A stretch of 64,000 nt of DNA from a virus (taxonomy: Duplodnaviria > Caudoviricetes). Below, piece by piece: positions 51,372 to 60,859 of this stretch. A program made the position numbers and the translations under genes. Numbering within the stretch: position 1 is the stretch's first letter; each line of letters opens with the position of its first letter. The stretch spans positions 384,001 to 448,000 of IMG/VR virus record IMGVR_UViG_3300037484_000435; one strand, given 5' to 3'. Under the pieces are notes generated by a model. That model worked only from the letters and a program-made list of their open reading frames with translations, searched no databases and had not been told where the DNA came from.

Positions 51372-51578
51372 TTACCCGATTTGAACTCGGGGGATCTGGA
51401 TATTGTCGATAGGCAAACCAAGTTGCTTACACTCGGACATGAGTTTCAGCAACTCTTGTTTATCTAGGGTTAGCTCTTGGGCGAGCCTGTTTATAACCAT
51501 GACCTTCTTCAAGTAGCTCTCAGTCATCTTGTTAAGTTTCTGGAGCTTTCCCCTTTTTGTTATGGCTATTCCAAACAT
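51372..51578 (-). CDS. small coiled-coil protein
   Basis: SD GGAGG before ATG at 51578. Confidence 0.6.
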   Translation of the reverse strand: MFGIAITKRGKLQKLNKMTESYLKKVMVINRLAQELTLDKQELLKLMSECKQLGLPIDNIQIPRVQIG

Positions 51579-51658
51579 GACACCCTCCTTCTGGGTATTG
51601 CGTTCTTTACATATTAACATTTTATATACCACACGTATACGTTCTAAATACACGCGGG

Positions 51659-51705
51659 TATAAGAGAGACGTTAATTAATCGCCTCCTTTCTTGTCTCTC
51701 TTATA
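51659..51705 (-). repeat. 12-bp hairpin displaying an orphan SD
   Basis: TATAAGAGAGAC-AAGAAAGGAGGCGATTAATTAAC-GTCTCTCTTATA. Confidence 0.7.
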
Positions 51706-51711
51706 GGTAAA

Positions 51712-51918
51712 CTACTTGGTCTTTTCATTTACCTGCTTCTTCAGTTCCTTTGCTTTCTTGTCGACCCAGTCGGACGTTCGCTTGACGTCCTTGTTGTCGT
51801 CCTTTATCTGGGCCCATCTCGTCTCGACCTTGTTGGCCCAATCAACCAAGGCCCCTGCATGGGCGTTTACCGAGATGAAACAAAACAACACGGCCAGCAT
51901 AACGACTACTCTTTTCAT
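51712..51918 (-). CDS. small secreted protein
   Basis: Signal peptide ending AHA. Confidence 0.7.
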   Translation of the reverse strand: MKRVVVMLAVLFCFISVNAHAGALVDWANKVETRWAQIKDDNKDVKRTSDWVDKKAKELKKQVNEKTK

Positions 51919-51930
51919 TTCCCTCTCCTT

Positions 51931-52116
51931 TTATACCCAACGTGCATGACGCACATCAGGCGGAAGATCTAGAGGAGAACCCAAGAGAGGTTCCCTATCC
52001 AGAGTTATTACTTCAACAGGCCTGCCATACAGCATTGCTGCGATGCTGGCCTTCTCTTCGGACCCTGTTACGGCGAGGGGCTTCTCCTCACCGTGGATAG
52101 CATAGAGTGTATACAT
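51931..52116 (-). CDS. small hypothetical protein
   Basis: ATG at 52116 after GGGGTG. Confidence 0.55.
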   Translation of the reverse strand: MYTLYAIHGEEKPLAVTGSEEKASIAAMLYGRPVEVITLDREPLLGSPLDLPPDVRHARWV

Positions 52117-52179
52117 AACACACCCCTTTATCAAAACAAGGTTACGGTAGCCTTTCACTACAACTTGGAGAATACTATG

Positions 52180-52215
52180 TTCTCTATTATTACATAAATA
52201 TATATACGCACGTGC
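52180..52215 (-). promoter_or_regulatory. class B promoter-like motif
   Basis: GTGCG...TATATT-N8-AATAGAGAA. Confidence 0.6.
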
Positions 52216-52224
52216 GTATAGAAG

Positions 52225-52273
52225 TACCCTTCAAGGGTTAGGGGGAAAGAAAAGAATGGTACAAGAAAAGAAA
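52225..52273. repeat. imperfect direct repeat, copy 1 (copy 2 at 56046-56090)
   Basis: TACCCTTCAAGGGTTAGGGGGAAAGAAAAGAATGGTACAAGAAAAGAAA. Confidence 0.75.
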
Positions 52274-53402
52274 TATGGCTTTATACACGCGTGGGCGGGG
52301 CTATGTTTAAAAAAGTTAGTCACTTTTTCCATAGAAGAAGTTCTCAGTGTTGTATGTAGGGTAATCTGTACAAAGCTAACGCTATTAATCTGCCTGTAAC
52401 AAGACAAACTAATAGTGTATGGGCACAAGGACGTGCCCGATAGGTACAATTGGAAGTGCGAAAGGGGTTGGATAACCAGTGTCTTAATGCTTTATTATAG
52501 TGAACGTAAAGACACACAACATATTCACTTTTATTTCTCTTGCCGCATCTTATTTTATTCTCTCTTCGACGGCTCCAACAATTTAGGAACGGAATACTAG
52601 GAAAATAAAACTAGAAGAGATACCTTTTATTATTACAGGGAGGCGTTACACGTTCACTCACACACATAATTAAATAGAAAAGCATCTATTATTTTTATCA
52701 GGGTAGTTAAATACGAGCGGTAACGAGCAACAAGATAAGAGAAAAGGCCAAAAAGAGAAAATAAAGACGAAAAAACTTAAAAAGGCTTAAATAGAGGGTT
52801 ACGAAAATTGAAAAACCGAACAAAGTGAATACAAAATCAATAAAAGAGGGAGATGGAGGAAATAAAACACAAATAATTGAAAATAAAGTGGAATTAGGGC
52901 AGCAAAATGGGAGCAAAGAGGTCCGAGAGGGGGAGGGCGCGCATCTTATATAAAAAACAGGTGGGGGATAGGATGGGAAAAGAAAACCCTTAATTTATTA
53001 TTATGTATGTACCTATATGTTTATTGTTTTTCTGTTTATCTCCCTATCGATATGCGTATGTATAATCACTACCTTTTCCATTAGTAAGTGGTAAGTAAAA
53101 TAAAAAAGCTTTTGTTTAGCTAATTATCTGTTTCGTTCCTTGTACGTGTGGGTATCAATTATGCAGTATAATCTTTAGTTTCTTTTTCCTGTTATATCCA
53201 ACAGTTGGGTATCTTGTTTTAATTGCTTATCGGGTACCTATCGGAAAAGCCTCTCTAATCAATTCTAGTCCCTTCTTATGTTCAAGTAGGTGTAGAATTG
53301 TCTTAAAGGTTTGCATCGTTCTATACCGCTTATATTAATTCTGAGGGCATATATCTATGCATATCACGGAGAACAGAAAAACCCTAAATAGAGTTAATCT
53401 GT

Positions 53403-53621
53403 CTATTCCACCATCCATCTCCTTTCTTCCCACATACGAGCAACTGCTTCCCAGTCACCTCGCATTATAGCTTTGGCCATGGGCAACCGAAGCTCTTGAT
53501 AGATGTAAGCCTCATAAGCTGCGTATCCCTTAAAGGCTTCCATCCTCTTCATTTTTCTTTTAGCACATTCTAGTTTCTCTTCTAGTGTGCCATACCGATT
53601 ACACTGTGTGCAATCGTGCAT
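53403..53621 (-). CDS. small protein with N-terminal CxxC
   Basis: SD GAAAGGAGG. Confidence 0.7.
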   Translation of the reverse strand: MHDCTQCNRYGTLEEKLECAKRKMKRMEAFKGYAAYEAYIYQELRLPMAKAIMRGDWEAVARMWEERRWMVE

Positions 53622-53745
53622 ACGGGTCCTCCTTTCTCTCTACCTTAACATACGTGCACGTATGTTATTATTCTTTTACTCTATAATTATAAATGCGTAT
53701 GTGCGGGGACCAAAAGAACCTTAAATTATAGGTAGTCCTTTTGGT

Positions 53746-54201
53746 TTAGTAATTGTTCTGGTAATAATTGAGCAAAGTTATTAGGTGTTGGTCTGTAGTA
53801 CTTCTGTTGACCATCACCTGTTTCATGATTTGTTCTCCGTCAAACCATTGGGGGATTTCTCCCTTATGTGTAAACCCAAGTCTAGCAAGTTGTTTTGCCA
53901 AGTTCTCAGGTACACACACTACGAAAGGAGTATCACTAGCATATGCCTCTATTAACAGGGCCACTCCTTCTTTCCTATTCTTTGGGGCAAAGTGACTAAC
54001 CACGAATACCCCTTCAATCCACTGCCCTACCAGACAAGAGTCCATCTGATAGGGGCGATATACTATGCCACAGCCCCGCCCCAAGTGGCTAGCGAGGTCA
54101 CAGCAATAAGAAGACCCTCTCGATATGGCCTTCTCGTACCAGTCCGCTATGGAGCTGGCTTCTTCTTCTGTCTCAACAACAAAGAATCTTGTATTGTCCA
54201 T
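53746..54201 (-). CDS. hypothetical protein, possibly GNAT-like fold
   Basis: VVSHFAP...G..LL...VP..LA..L.RLGF pattern; weak. Confidence 0.4.
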   Translation of the reverse strand: MDNTRFFVVETEEEASSIADWYEKAISRGSSYCCDLASHLGRGCGIVYRPYQMDSCLVGQWIEGVFVVSHFAPKNRKEGVALLIEAYASDTPFVVCVPENLAKQLARLGFTHKGEIPQWFDGEQIMKQVMVNRSTTDQHLITLLNYYQNNY

Positions 54202-54238
54202 AACGGACCCCCTTTATATCCTACATGTGCGCGAGGGT

Positions 54239-54287
54239 GAAAAGAACCTTTCTGGAATCCGAATTAACGGTCCCCAAGGTTCTTTTC
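54239..54287 (-). terminator. repeated AAAAGAACCTT hairpin terminator
   Basis: GAAAAGAACCTT...AAGGTTCTTTTC; related copies at about 53709-53745 and 55394-55442. Confidence 0.65.
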
Positions 54288-54303
54288 CAAATTGTGTTGG
54301 TCT

Positions 54304-54771
54304 CTAGACGTGCATTGTGCAATCGATGAAGTTCTCTCCCTCAATTGCCTGTCTCGCCATACGTTCTCGTGCGATAAGTCTTTGACGAGCGATCTGGTTC
54401 TTTCTTTGTTCTTCCGCAAGCAACTCGGCCTCATAAAGCTTTTTTGCCCGAAGTTCTTGTTGCCGAGCAACTTCCCTTTCTTCATTGACCATTCGACGCC
54501 TCTCGGCTTTGATTGCTCGGGCGTCTCTTATTTCGTCCACGCGATCCGCGATCTTCTCGTTAAGGTCGATGGCCTTGGTTACGGCCGAGTCCTTTACAAC
54601 CTTAAGCCCGTCAACAGCCTTTTCCGCCACGTATTGCACTGGAGCAACTGCGGCAAGGTCAACTATCCCAGCAGCGACCTTGACAGTCGACCCAGTGACT
54701 TTGGCTGAAGTTTCAAGGACATCCGCTACCAGATTCGCAATAAAGCTCATCGGTTTGTAGAATCTTCTCAT
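54304..54771 (-). CDS. amphipathic helix plus coiled-coil protein
   Basis: SD GGAG; A/V-rich N-terminal half, E/R-rich C-terminal half. Confidence 0.7.
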   Translation of the reverse strand: MRRFYKPMSFIANLVADVLETSAKVTGSTVKVAAGIVDLAAVAPVQYVAEKAVDGLKVVKDSAVTKAIDLNEKIADRVDEIRDARAIKAERRRMVNEEREVARQQELRAKKLYEAELLAEEQRKNQIARQRLIARERMARQAIEGENFIDCTMHV

Positions 54772-54843
54772 GACATTACTCCTTCTAAAACGAACCAATC
54801 GAGATACCAGCAAAACTGGCTAGACGCACATACGCCTATTTAA

Positions 54844-54875
54844 TTCTCTATTATCATATCAATATATTATTACGC
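54844..54875 (-). promoter_or_regulatory. class B promoter-like motif
   Basis: GCG...TATATT-N8-AATAGAGAA. Confidence 0.6.
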
Positions 54876-55022
54876 TATACACACGCGATGTTAGGGAAAG
54901 CATTTAATTGCTAACCCATGGACATGATCGTCGTGCATGCCCCATCACCACCCAAGTTTTACTGTCATTAGGTGGACGCCCCGATCGCGCTTTTACGATC
55001 CAATCGGGAAGATCCTTGTAGA

Positions 55023-55205
55023 TTACCAACAGGCTTCAACAACTAGAACTTTAAGCCCCCATCTACGGGCTTCAACTTCTGCCTCTAATTGCCCCAGATA
55101 GTCACGCATTTCATTTTCTGTGTAATCAAGTCCGCAGTTATTGCAAACCCAGACTTCTCCCTTTCTCTCCAATATGCCATTACGGCACCTCGGGCATTTC
55201 ATCAT
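55023..55205 (-). CDS. Zn-ribbon protein
   Basis: CPRC...CNNCG. Confidence 0.7.
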   Translation of the reverse strand: MMKCPRCRNGILERKGEVWVCNNCGLDYTENEMRDYLGQLEAEVEARRWGLKVLVVEACW

Positions 55206-55458
55206 GTACCCCCATGTTGATCTTTTTCTATTTTGTCCTTCATTAATTATAACATGCAGGTACACGAAACCTTTTCTTTGGTCATTTTCTTTTAGTACCC
55301 GATTACTATCTAACTATAGATCCTATGAAGGGTTAGTGGGATACTAACTAGGATCTATATATTATATGCGACAAGTATACGTTCCGCGGGTGTGAAAAGA
55401 ACCTTTCTGAACTCCAAACAAATGGGCTCCAAAGTTCTTCTCTTGATTTGTTGTATGA

Positions 55459-55647
55459 TCATTTGTTGTAGTATAAGCCCAATATCTGCGAATCATACCA
55501 CAGTTGTACTTCTGGACTTTGGAATCTTTCGTCTCCAAATTCATCCAAAAGGTCTTCTTTACTCGTTCTTTGAGCTTGTAAGCACAGTTGCTCAGCACGT
55601 AACGCCTCTCTTCGCCTTAACGTTAAGGCAGGAACCAAATACATCAT
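55459..55647 (-). CDS. small hypothetical protein
   Basis: SD GGAGG before ATG at 55647. Confidence 0.5.
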   Translation of the reverse strand: MMYLVPALTLRRREALRAEQLCLQAQRTSKEDLLDEFGDERFQSPEVQLWYDSQILGLYYNK

Positions 55648-55830
55648 AACACCCTCCCTTGTCATGCACGCAATAAACAATTTGTTTTGGGGCATAATCC
55701 CTCCCAATAGTTCCTTTCCCCACAAAAGGTTTACTCATTGGGGCCACCTCAGGTCTTATTGTTTGCCTAAGGCTGATACTCACACATTAATATGTTCCCG
55801 CTCCTATACAGGATTAATTTGTAATGTGCT

Positions 55831-55862
55831 TTCTCTATTTAAATAATAAATATATGCGCGGG
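55831..55862 (-). promoter_or_regulatory. class B promoter-like motif, preceded by a 14-bp hairpin at about 55867-55924
   Basis: CCCGCG-CA-TATATT-N9-AATAGAGAA; AAAAAACCAATCTC/GAGATTGGTTTTTT. Confidence 0.6.
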
Positions 55863-56045
55863 TATATAAAAAACCAATCTCGTGACCACTGGGAGGGAGG
55901 GTCGGAAGGTGAGATTGGTTTTTTGGCTTTTGGTGGTAGGGACCGAGAAATTCTCGATCCCCAATGTAGCAACAATTTACAAAACAAAGGAGTTGTCATG
56001 GCAGAGACTGGGGGATCCCCTAACATCTCTACTATTTAGTATATA

Positions 56046-56090
56046 TACCCTCAGGGTTAGTGGGAAGAAAAGAAGGTACAAGAAAAGAAA
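56046..56090. repeat. imperfect direct repeat, copy 2
   Basis: TACCCTCAGGGTTAGTGGGAAGAAAAGAAGGTACAAGAAAAGAAA. Confidence 0.75.
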
Positions 56091-56132
56091 GGTTTGGGTT
56101 GTGGAGGGCCACCAGCGTGACCCTCTCCGCAG

Positions 56133-56246
56133 TCATGGTTTGGACTCAGGTTGGGAAAGCATGCCCCACAGGAGTAACAGTATCACCCCTAACAGCAGGA
56201 TGCCACCAATGCCATCATCCGTGGTTTCTTCGTCGTGTTCCTTCAT
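56133..56246 (-). CDS. 37-aa single-TM peptide
   Basis: Not in track; SD GGAGGT; MKEHDEETTDDGIGGILLLGVILLLLWGMLSQPESKP. Confidence 0.65.
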   Translation of the reverse strand: MKEHDEETTDDGIGGILLLGVILLLLWGMLSQPESKP

Positions 56247-56375
56247 ATTCACCTCCAAGATGCCAGATGCAAAGCCCACCTACATACGCATGCATTTTTC
56301 AGGAGGGGGCGTTGCGGTCTTTTTTCTGTTGGTCGCTGGCAAATTTGTAAGGGCCTTGGTTAAGTTGTCTATTTA

Positions 56376-56870
56376 TTACTCAGGTAACCCAATATGGTCA
56401 ATGATTCCCTTCTCCTTAGCTTCTTCAGCCAAGAAATAGGTATCGGTTCTTAGCCATTCGTGGGTTTCTTCCCCAAGGCAATCACTATGGGCGACGTAGA
56501 AATCCTCGAACCTTTCGATATTTCGTTTCACGCGTTCTAAGGTTGAGGGTGCAGCATCACCATTGATATGCACGTTGTACGTGCCTCTATGTATCATTAC
56601 TTCTGCATCTGAGGACATATAGCGTCTGCCCTTGGTCCCCAGCATCAGTAGCATGGCTGCTGCACTGAACGCATAGCCTAAGCACACAGTTGTTACCGTG
56701 TGCTTCTTTGCCTCAAGCCTACGAATCAAAGGCATTGTGGCTAGAATAGCTTCACCATCTCCCCCGCCACTATTGATGATGATCGTGACATCCTCGTTTG
56801 CCTCCCATAACTTGGAAAGCAATTCCTTTTCTACATCTGTCGTGATTTCGCCTGTAATGGTGATTAACAT
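56376..56870 (-). CDS. divergent ClpP-like serine protease
   Basis: IINSGGG, CLGYAFSAA (Ser), VMIH (His), DTYF.AEEA...GIID. Confidence 0.85.
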   Translation of the reverse strand: MLITITGEITTDVEKELLSKLWEANEDVTIIINSGGGDGEAILATMPLIRRLEAKKHTVTTVCLGYAFSAAAMLLMLGTKGRRYMSSDAEVMIHRGTYNVHINGDAAPSTLERVKRNIERFEDFYVAHSDCLGEETHEWLRTDTYFLAEEAKEKGIIDHIGLPE

Positions 56871-56873
56871 GGC

Positions 56874-57290
56874 TTACTCCTGCACGAAATGTGGACAGCG
56901 ACAGTGATACTCCGTCGCCTTTCTGCAGGCTGAGTCAATGGCCTCTTGAATAAAGTCAGGGGGCTGACTACCCCATTCCCCACGGCTGAACTCGTGTTCT
57001 ACCGTAGAGAGGATCTCGTCAGGATCGAGTTTAGAGAAACCACAGAACTTTCTAACGAGAATCTCAAATTCTCCCCGCCAATGTTCCACACCAATCATCC
57101 ACATCCCCACACGAACAGGGATGAGAGCATGACGGCCACAGGACAGATGCCCGCCACGAGGAATGTAAATAGCCTTGGGTTTACTACCATCCTCGTTGAC
57201 GATAACGACAGCATTTCCTGTGTTGGTTGCCGATCCTCCCTCCTCCCACATACATGGGAGTCCAGTTTTGCTTCTTTCAATGTTCTTCAT
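56874..57290 (-). CDS. conserved-looking phage hypothetical protein
   Basis: IERSKTGLPCMWEEGG..TNTG...YI...GHLSCGRHAL; SD AAGGA. Confidence 0.7.
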   Translation of the reverse strand: MKNIERSKTGLPCMWEEGGSATNTGNAVVIVNEDGSKPKAIYIPRGGHLSCGRHALIPVRVGMWMIGVEHWRGEFEILVRKFCGFSKLDPDEILSTVEHEFSRGEWGSQPPDFIQEAIDSACRKATEYHCRCPHFVQE

Positions 57291-57350
57291 GTCCGTGTCC
57301 TTTCTTAGACGTGAACTGGAATAGCACCATTTTTTGTTATAGAGTCGTGC

Positions 57351-57385
57351 TTCTCTATTACTTGTTAAGTATATATTGCTCGTCC
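57351..57385 (-). promoter_or_regulatory. class B promoter-like motif
   Basis: TATACT-N8-AATAGAGAAGCAC. Confidence 0.6.
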
Positions 57386-57519
57386 ATGGGTGCGCATGTA
57401 ACTCCAATTAAAGGGTCCTTGCCACATAACCTATCATTGGTTGTGTTCAGGATTGCCTCCACCCCTCTATTAAGACCAGAGGGGAATCCTCGTGTTGAGG
57501 ACTCCCCTATTGAACTACT

Positions 57520-58794
57520 TTACCTTACTATGTCTTTGTTCGTGATATAGAGGCCCATGAACTTTTTGAGGGGAAACTTTGAGCCCTCAACCACCCTTAT
57601 GAATGCGTGGGCCATAACGAATTCACCTCTCACTACCGCTACCCTGAAGCACTTCTGTTCTTTGGACCCATTAAACCAGAACTCCAGACAGTCATGTTTT
57701 AGTTCCCACGATATCGCGAGTTCAGGGAGCACTAGCACCACCGTGCCAATGGGCATGTATTTCTGGCTCATGAAATGCTTCCTCAGGTCGTGCGTGTTTA
57801 GAAGCTCATGAAGAGGCCGACTCAACACACAACTAGGGGCAGGGACACCAGAATCTTTGTCGGGCACGTCCTCCTTTACTCCCTCAGAGCTAACTAGAAA
57901 GTCCTCTGCTACAGAGACGCTGTTCTCTACTTCCGCTGGCGGTGGATCTTCCTCTGCGCGAACGTCCCTTGTGTGGGGGTGTATTTCGGAACAAATATTT
58001 ACGAGTTGTTCCTCTATTTTCCTAAGAAGCAGTGTGTGCTCTCCCCCCACCTTTAGGCGGTCCACCTCACGAGAAAGACTCTCGATTATGGACTCTGCCA
58101 AACGTAGTTCACTTTGGGCCTCAATGTCTTTTTCGACAAACGATCCCACTACCTCCTCAAGACTGAGGCAGTAATCTCTCATATCATTGAGTAGGTCTAG
58201 TTGTTTGAACATCCCTAGTGGGCCAATTTCTGAGGGGGATGTGGATGTTGTGTGTGGAATCGGGACCATTTGATAGGGTTGCTGGTAGATTTTGCTTCCG
58301 CACCCCTCACTTGCAGAATACGGCTTAACAACCCTGCTTGTATAAACTTTAGTACCGTTACCCCGCCACAGAAAATCCCAATCAAGGGGCCTCTTCCAGC
58401 CCTTGTCTCCTACAACCTCTCGGAAATACATAGCCTGTTTCATTCCAGCGTGGAATTCCTCTGGGGTTCTCCACATTACTGGATCCAAGGTGTAATCCTC
58501 AAGATTTGTTGTGGGCTCGTTAACAATAAAATTCATAACTCTTCTGGTGGCTGGATGTCCCGACTTTTTGACGATGGCTTCTCTCAGCAGGGAGAGTCCG
58601 GGGTCGATACACCACTTCCCCTGCGTAGTAGCTAACACCTTCTGGGCCAACACACAGGCACCCCAGATTTTGCTGGTTTTAAGTGCCTCAGCAACTTGGG
58701 GCCCCGCACTAACCGAACCAATCACCTGTTGAATAAAAGCAGGTGTGGTGTGGACAGTCCTACCATCCACTTGTCTAACCATTGTGCGAGACAT
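57520..58794 (-). CDS. 424-aa hypothetical protein with central coiled coil
   Basis: Long ORF, SD AGGAG. Confidence 0.75.
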   Translation of the reverse strand: MSRTMVRQVDGRTVHTTPAFIQQVIGSVSAGPQVAEALKTSKIWGACVLAQKVLATTQGKWCIDPGLSLLREAIVKKSGHPATRRVMNFIVNEPTTNLEDYTLDPVMWRTPEEFHAGMKQAMYFREVVGDKGWKRPLDWDFLWRGNGTKVYTSRVVKPYSASEGCGSKIYQQPYQMVPIPHTTSTSPSEIGPLGMFKQLDLLNDMRDYCLSLEEVVGSFVEKDIEAQSELRLAESIIESLSREVDRLKVGGEHTLLLRKIEEQLVNICSEIHPHTRDVRAEEDPPPAEVENSVSVAEDFLVSSEGVKEDVPDKDSGVPAPSCVLSRPLHELLNTHDLRKHFMSQKYMPIGTVVLVLPELAISWELKHDCLEFWFNGSKEQKCFRVAVVRGEFVMAHAFIRVVEGSKFPLKKFMGLYITNKDIVR

Positions 58795-58811
58795 TCTACT
58801 TCTCCTTCCTG

Positions 58812-60566
58812 TTAGTTTCCCTGAAGTCTCCTTAAAAAATGCAAGAAGCTATTCCAAGGAACAGGGAATCTGGTGGTTTCCATGTTGACCCATCTCATCT
58901 GAAACAGGTCGTGACGATTGTGGAGTCTCTCAACTCCATCTGTTGTGGCCCGCCAGACATACTCCTCGTTTGGGCAAGGAAACTGTGATATCCTCACCTT
59001 CACTCTGTTGCCTCCTTCTCTGTTATCCAAGGAGGGAGAGGCTTGTCGGGATAAAACCTTTTCCACTCCTTGAGGAATTTATCTTTGGGGAGCCACAACC
59101 AATAGGCTACCCTAGCCTCATATCCGCAGGACTCACACGTGGATATGGAACTGGGGTGCGAGTTCAGATTCCCACATGTTGGACAATAAAGTGGCATGTT
59201 CCTCTTTTCTATTGGTGGATCTGTGACCCCTTCTTAGTGAAGGTTATTGTTGTTGGTTCAGGTTCAGGGCGTGTGGCTACCCAATATATGACTCCCACTG
59301 CTGCAACAACTAATAAACCTATCCCAATTACAGGCCAGAAGCTGGAGCTGGGGTTGTGGATTATAGGAGTGAATGCACGCATTGCTGTATCCACACCCTT
59401 GGGGATTTCACTTCCTTCCAGCATTTCTAAGCCATATCCACCGATGACCTCTCGGAACTTCGCTATTCCCCATGGATCTATCTCTGACAGATCCCAAGCT
59501 GGGTCTATCCAAATCCAGTTTGCCATAGTTACATCACCTCTCTCAGATACCAGATTAGTTGCACATGTGACTGTGCAATTATTTTAAATGGGTTCATGAT
59601 AAGTTCACAGCGGGACCGTGTAAAAGCGGTCATGTGTTGTGTTCCTATTTTTCCCCACAGTTTCTTGGTCAATAATAACTGAACCGCCACCAACCACAAA
59701 GAGGCTACCCTTTATTTGAATCCCTTTGCTAGGAAACATTGTTTCTAACTCTGTGATCTTGCTCTTCATGTCAAGGCACTGCCAGCATGTCAGTAATAAC
59801 CTCAATGCTGTTTCTGGAACCTTGTCACCTTTATAAATCCAAACCTTCACGTCAAACCTCCTGTTTCATCTTGGCAAGAAGAAACCTGAAACGCAAGGGA
59901 TCGGACCTTGGCGCTCCAAGGATTGTAGTTGATGTGGTCAAGGGGTATGGAAGGAAACTGGGTCTTTTCCCATGATTTTCAGGCCCCTGTTCCCCCATAT
60001 CTCCTCGCATTGTTGCCTAGACGGGTGTTGCTCTATCGCCATGTTACGATGAGTTCCCCACCTTACCTGCTCATCACCGTCACGGTAATCTAGTATTTCC
60101 ACGTAGCCCTTAGTAGCAGGTTCCGTGTAAACCAATACAGTGAATCGGGCCATAGTTCCTTCTCCTCACTTAGGAAAGCAGGGAGCCTCACCTTCACAGT
60201 GGCCCCCCTCTTTGAGACAATTCTCGATGGGTATGATTCCGTGATAGAATCTCTTCCCGTTGCTCAAATAAGATATGCACCTACAGCACACCATGCTACA
60301 GAGCATTACCTCATTACCGTCTTTGGGGGTAACGTCTATGTCTACCCCCCACATGGGTATTAGTATGAGCAAGACAACAAAAGCCCACGCAACATACTTC
60401 TTCATATTGTTACTCCTATTTGCGGATGAACCAGTTGAATCTCCAAACTCGGTGTACACAGAGGGTAGTGAGTTGATGACGATTTAGTTCGGGACAGTAG
60501 AAGACCAGCTACTACGCCGCTCATAAATACCACCAAGAAAGTTACCACAACACTCACCCTTCTCAT
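58812..60566 (-). other. run of small ORFs (58812-59066, 59000-59197 Zn, 59209-59526 TM, 59605-59850, 59938-60153, 60166-60405 secreted Cys-rich, 60402-60566 TM)
   Basis: SD sites and coupling on the minus strand. Confidence 0.65.
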
Positions 60567-60859
60567 CTTTTGCCTCCTCGAATAACATGAAACCAAACCT
60601 CGTCCAACTTGCCCACGTGATGGATAGACCGAGATCCCTTGTGGTCCCCATCTAAGAGAATACCGGGCGATTCAATAACGGTTGACCTAACCGAGTCGAT
60701 GACAACAGTCACCCCTATTGGGTAACCATTATACGTAACAGCCTCGTAGACCTCTCCCACGCGATATTTACCGTACTCATCCTCGATACGAAGTGACAAC
60801 CTTTTTCGCCCAGAGCTGAGGTCTTTATCAAAACCGACAGGGAAGGGCATCTTATTCAT
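60563..60859 (-). CDS. ASCH/PUA-like domain protein
   Basis: SGRKRLSLR....KYRVGEVY; ATGA coupling at 60856-60859. Confidence 0.5.
   Translation of the reverse strand: MNKMPFPVGFDKDLSSGRKRLSLRIEDEYGKYRVGEVYEAVTYNGYPIGVTVVIDSVRSTVIESPGILLDGDHKGSRSIHHVGKLDEVWFHVIRGGKR

Noticed and set aside
52707-52916. Phe-rich membrane ORF
   Set aside because: By-product of the T-rich strand of the skewed tract; no RBS.
55882-59587. Long plus-strand ORFs (55882-56439, 56946-57308, 58252-58635, 58943-59587)
   Set aside because: Antisense shadows of well-supported minus-strand genes.
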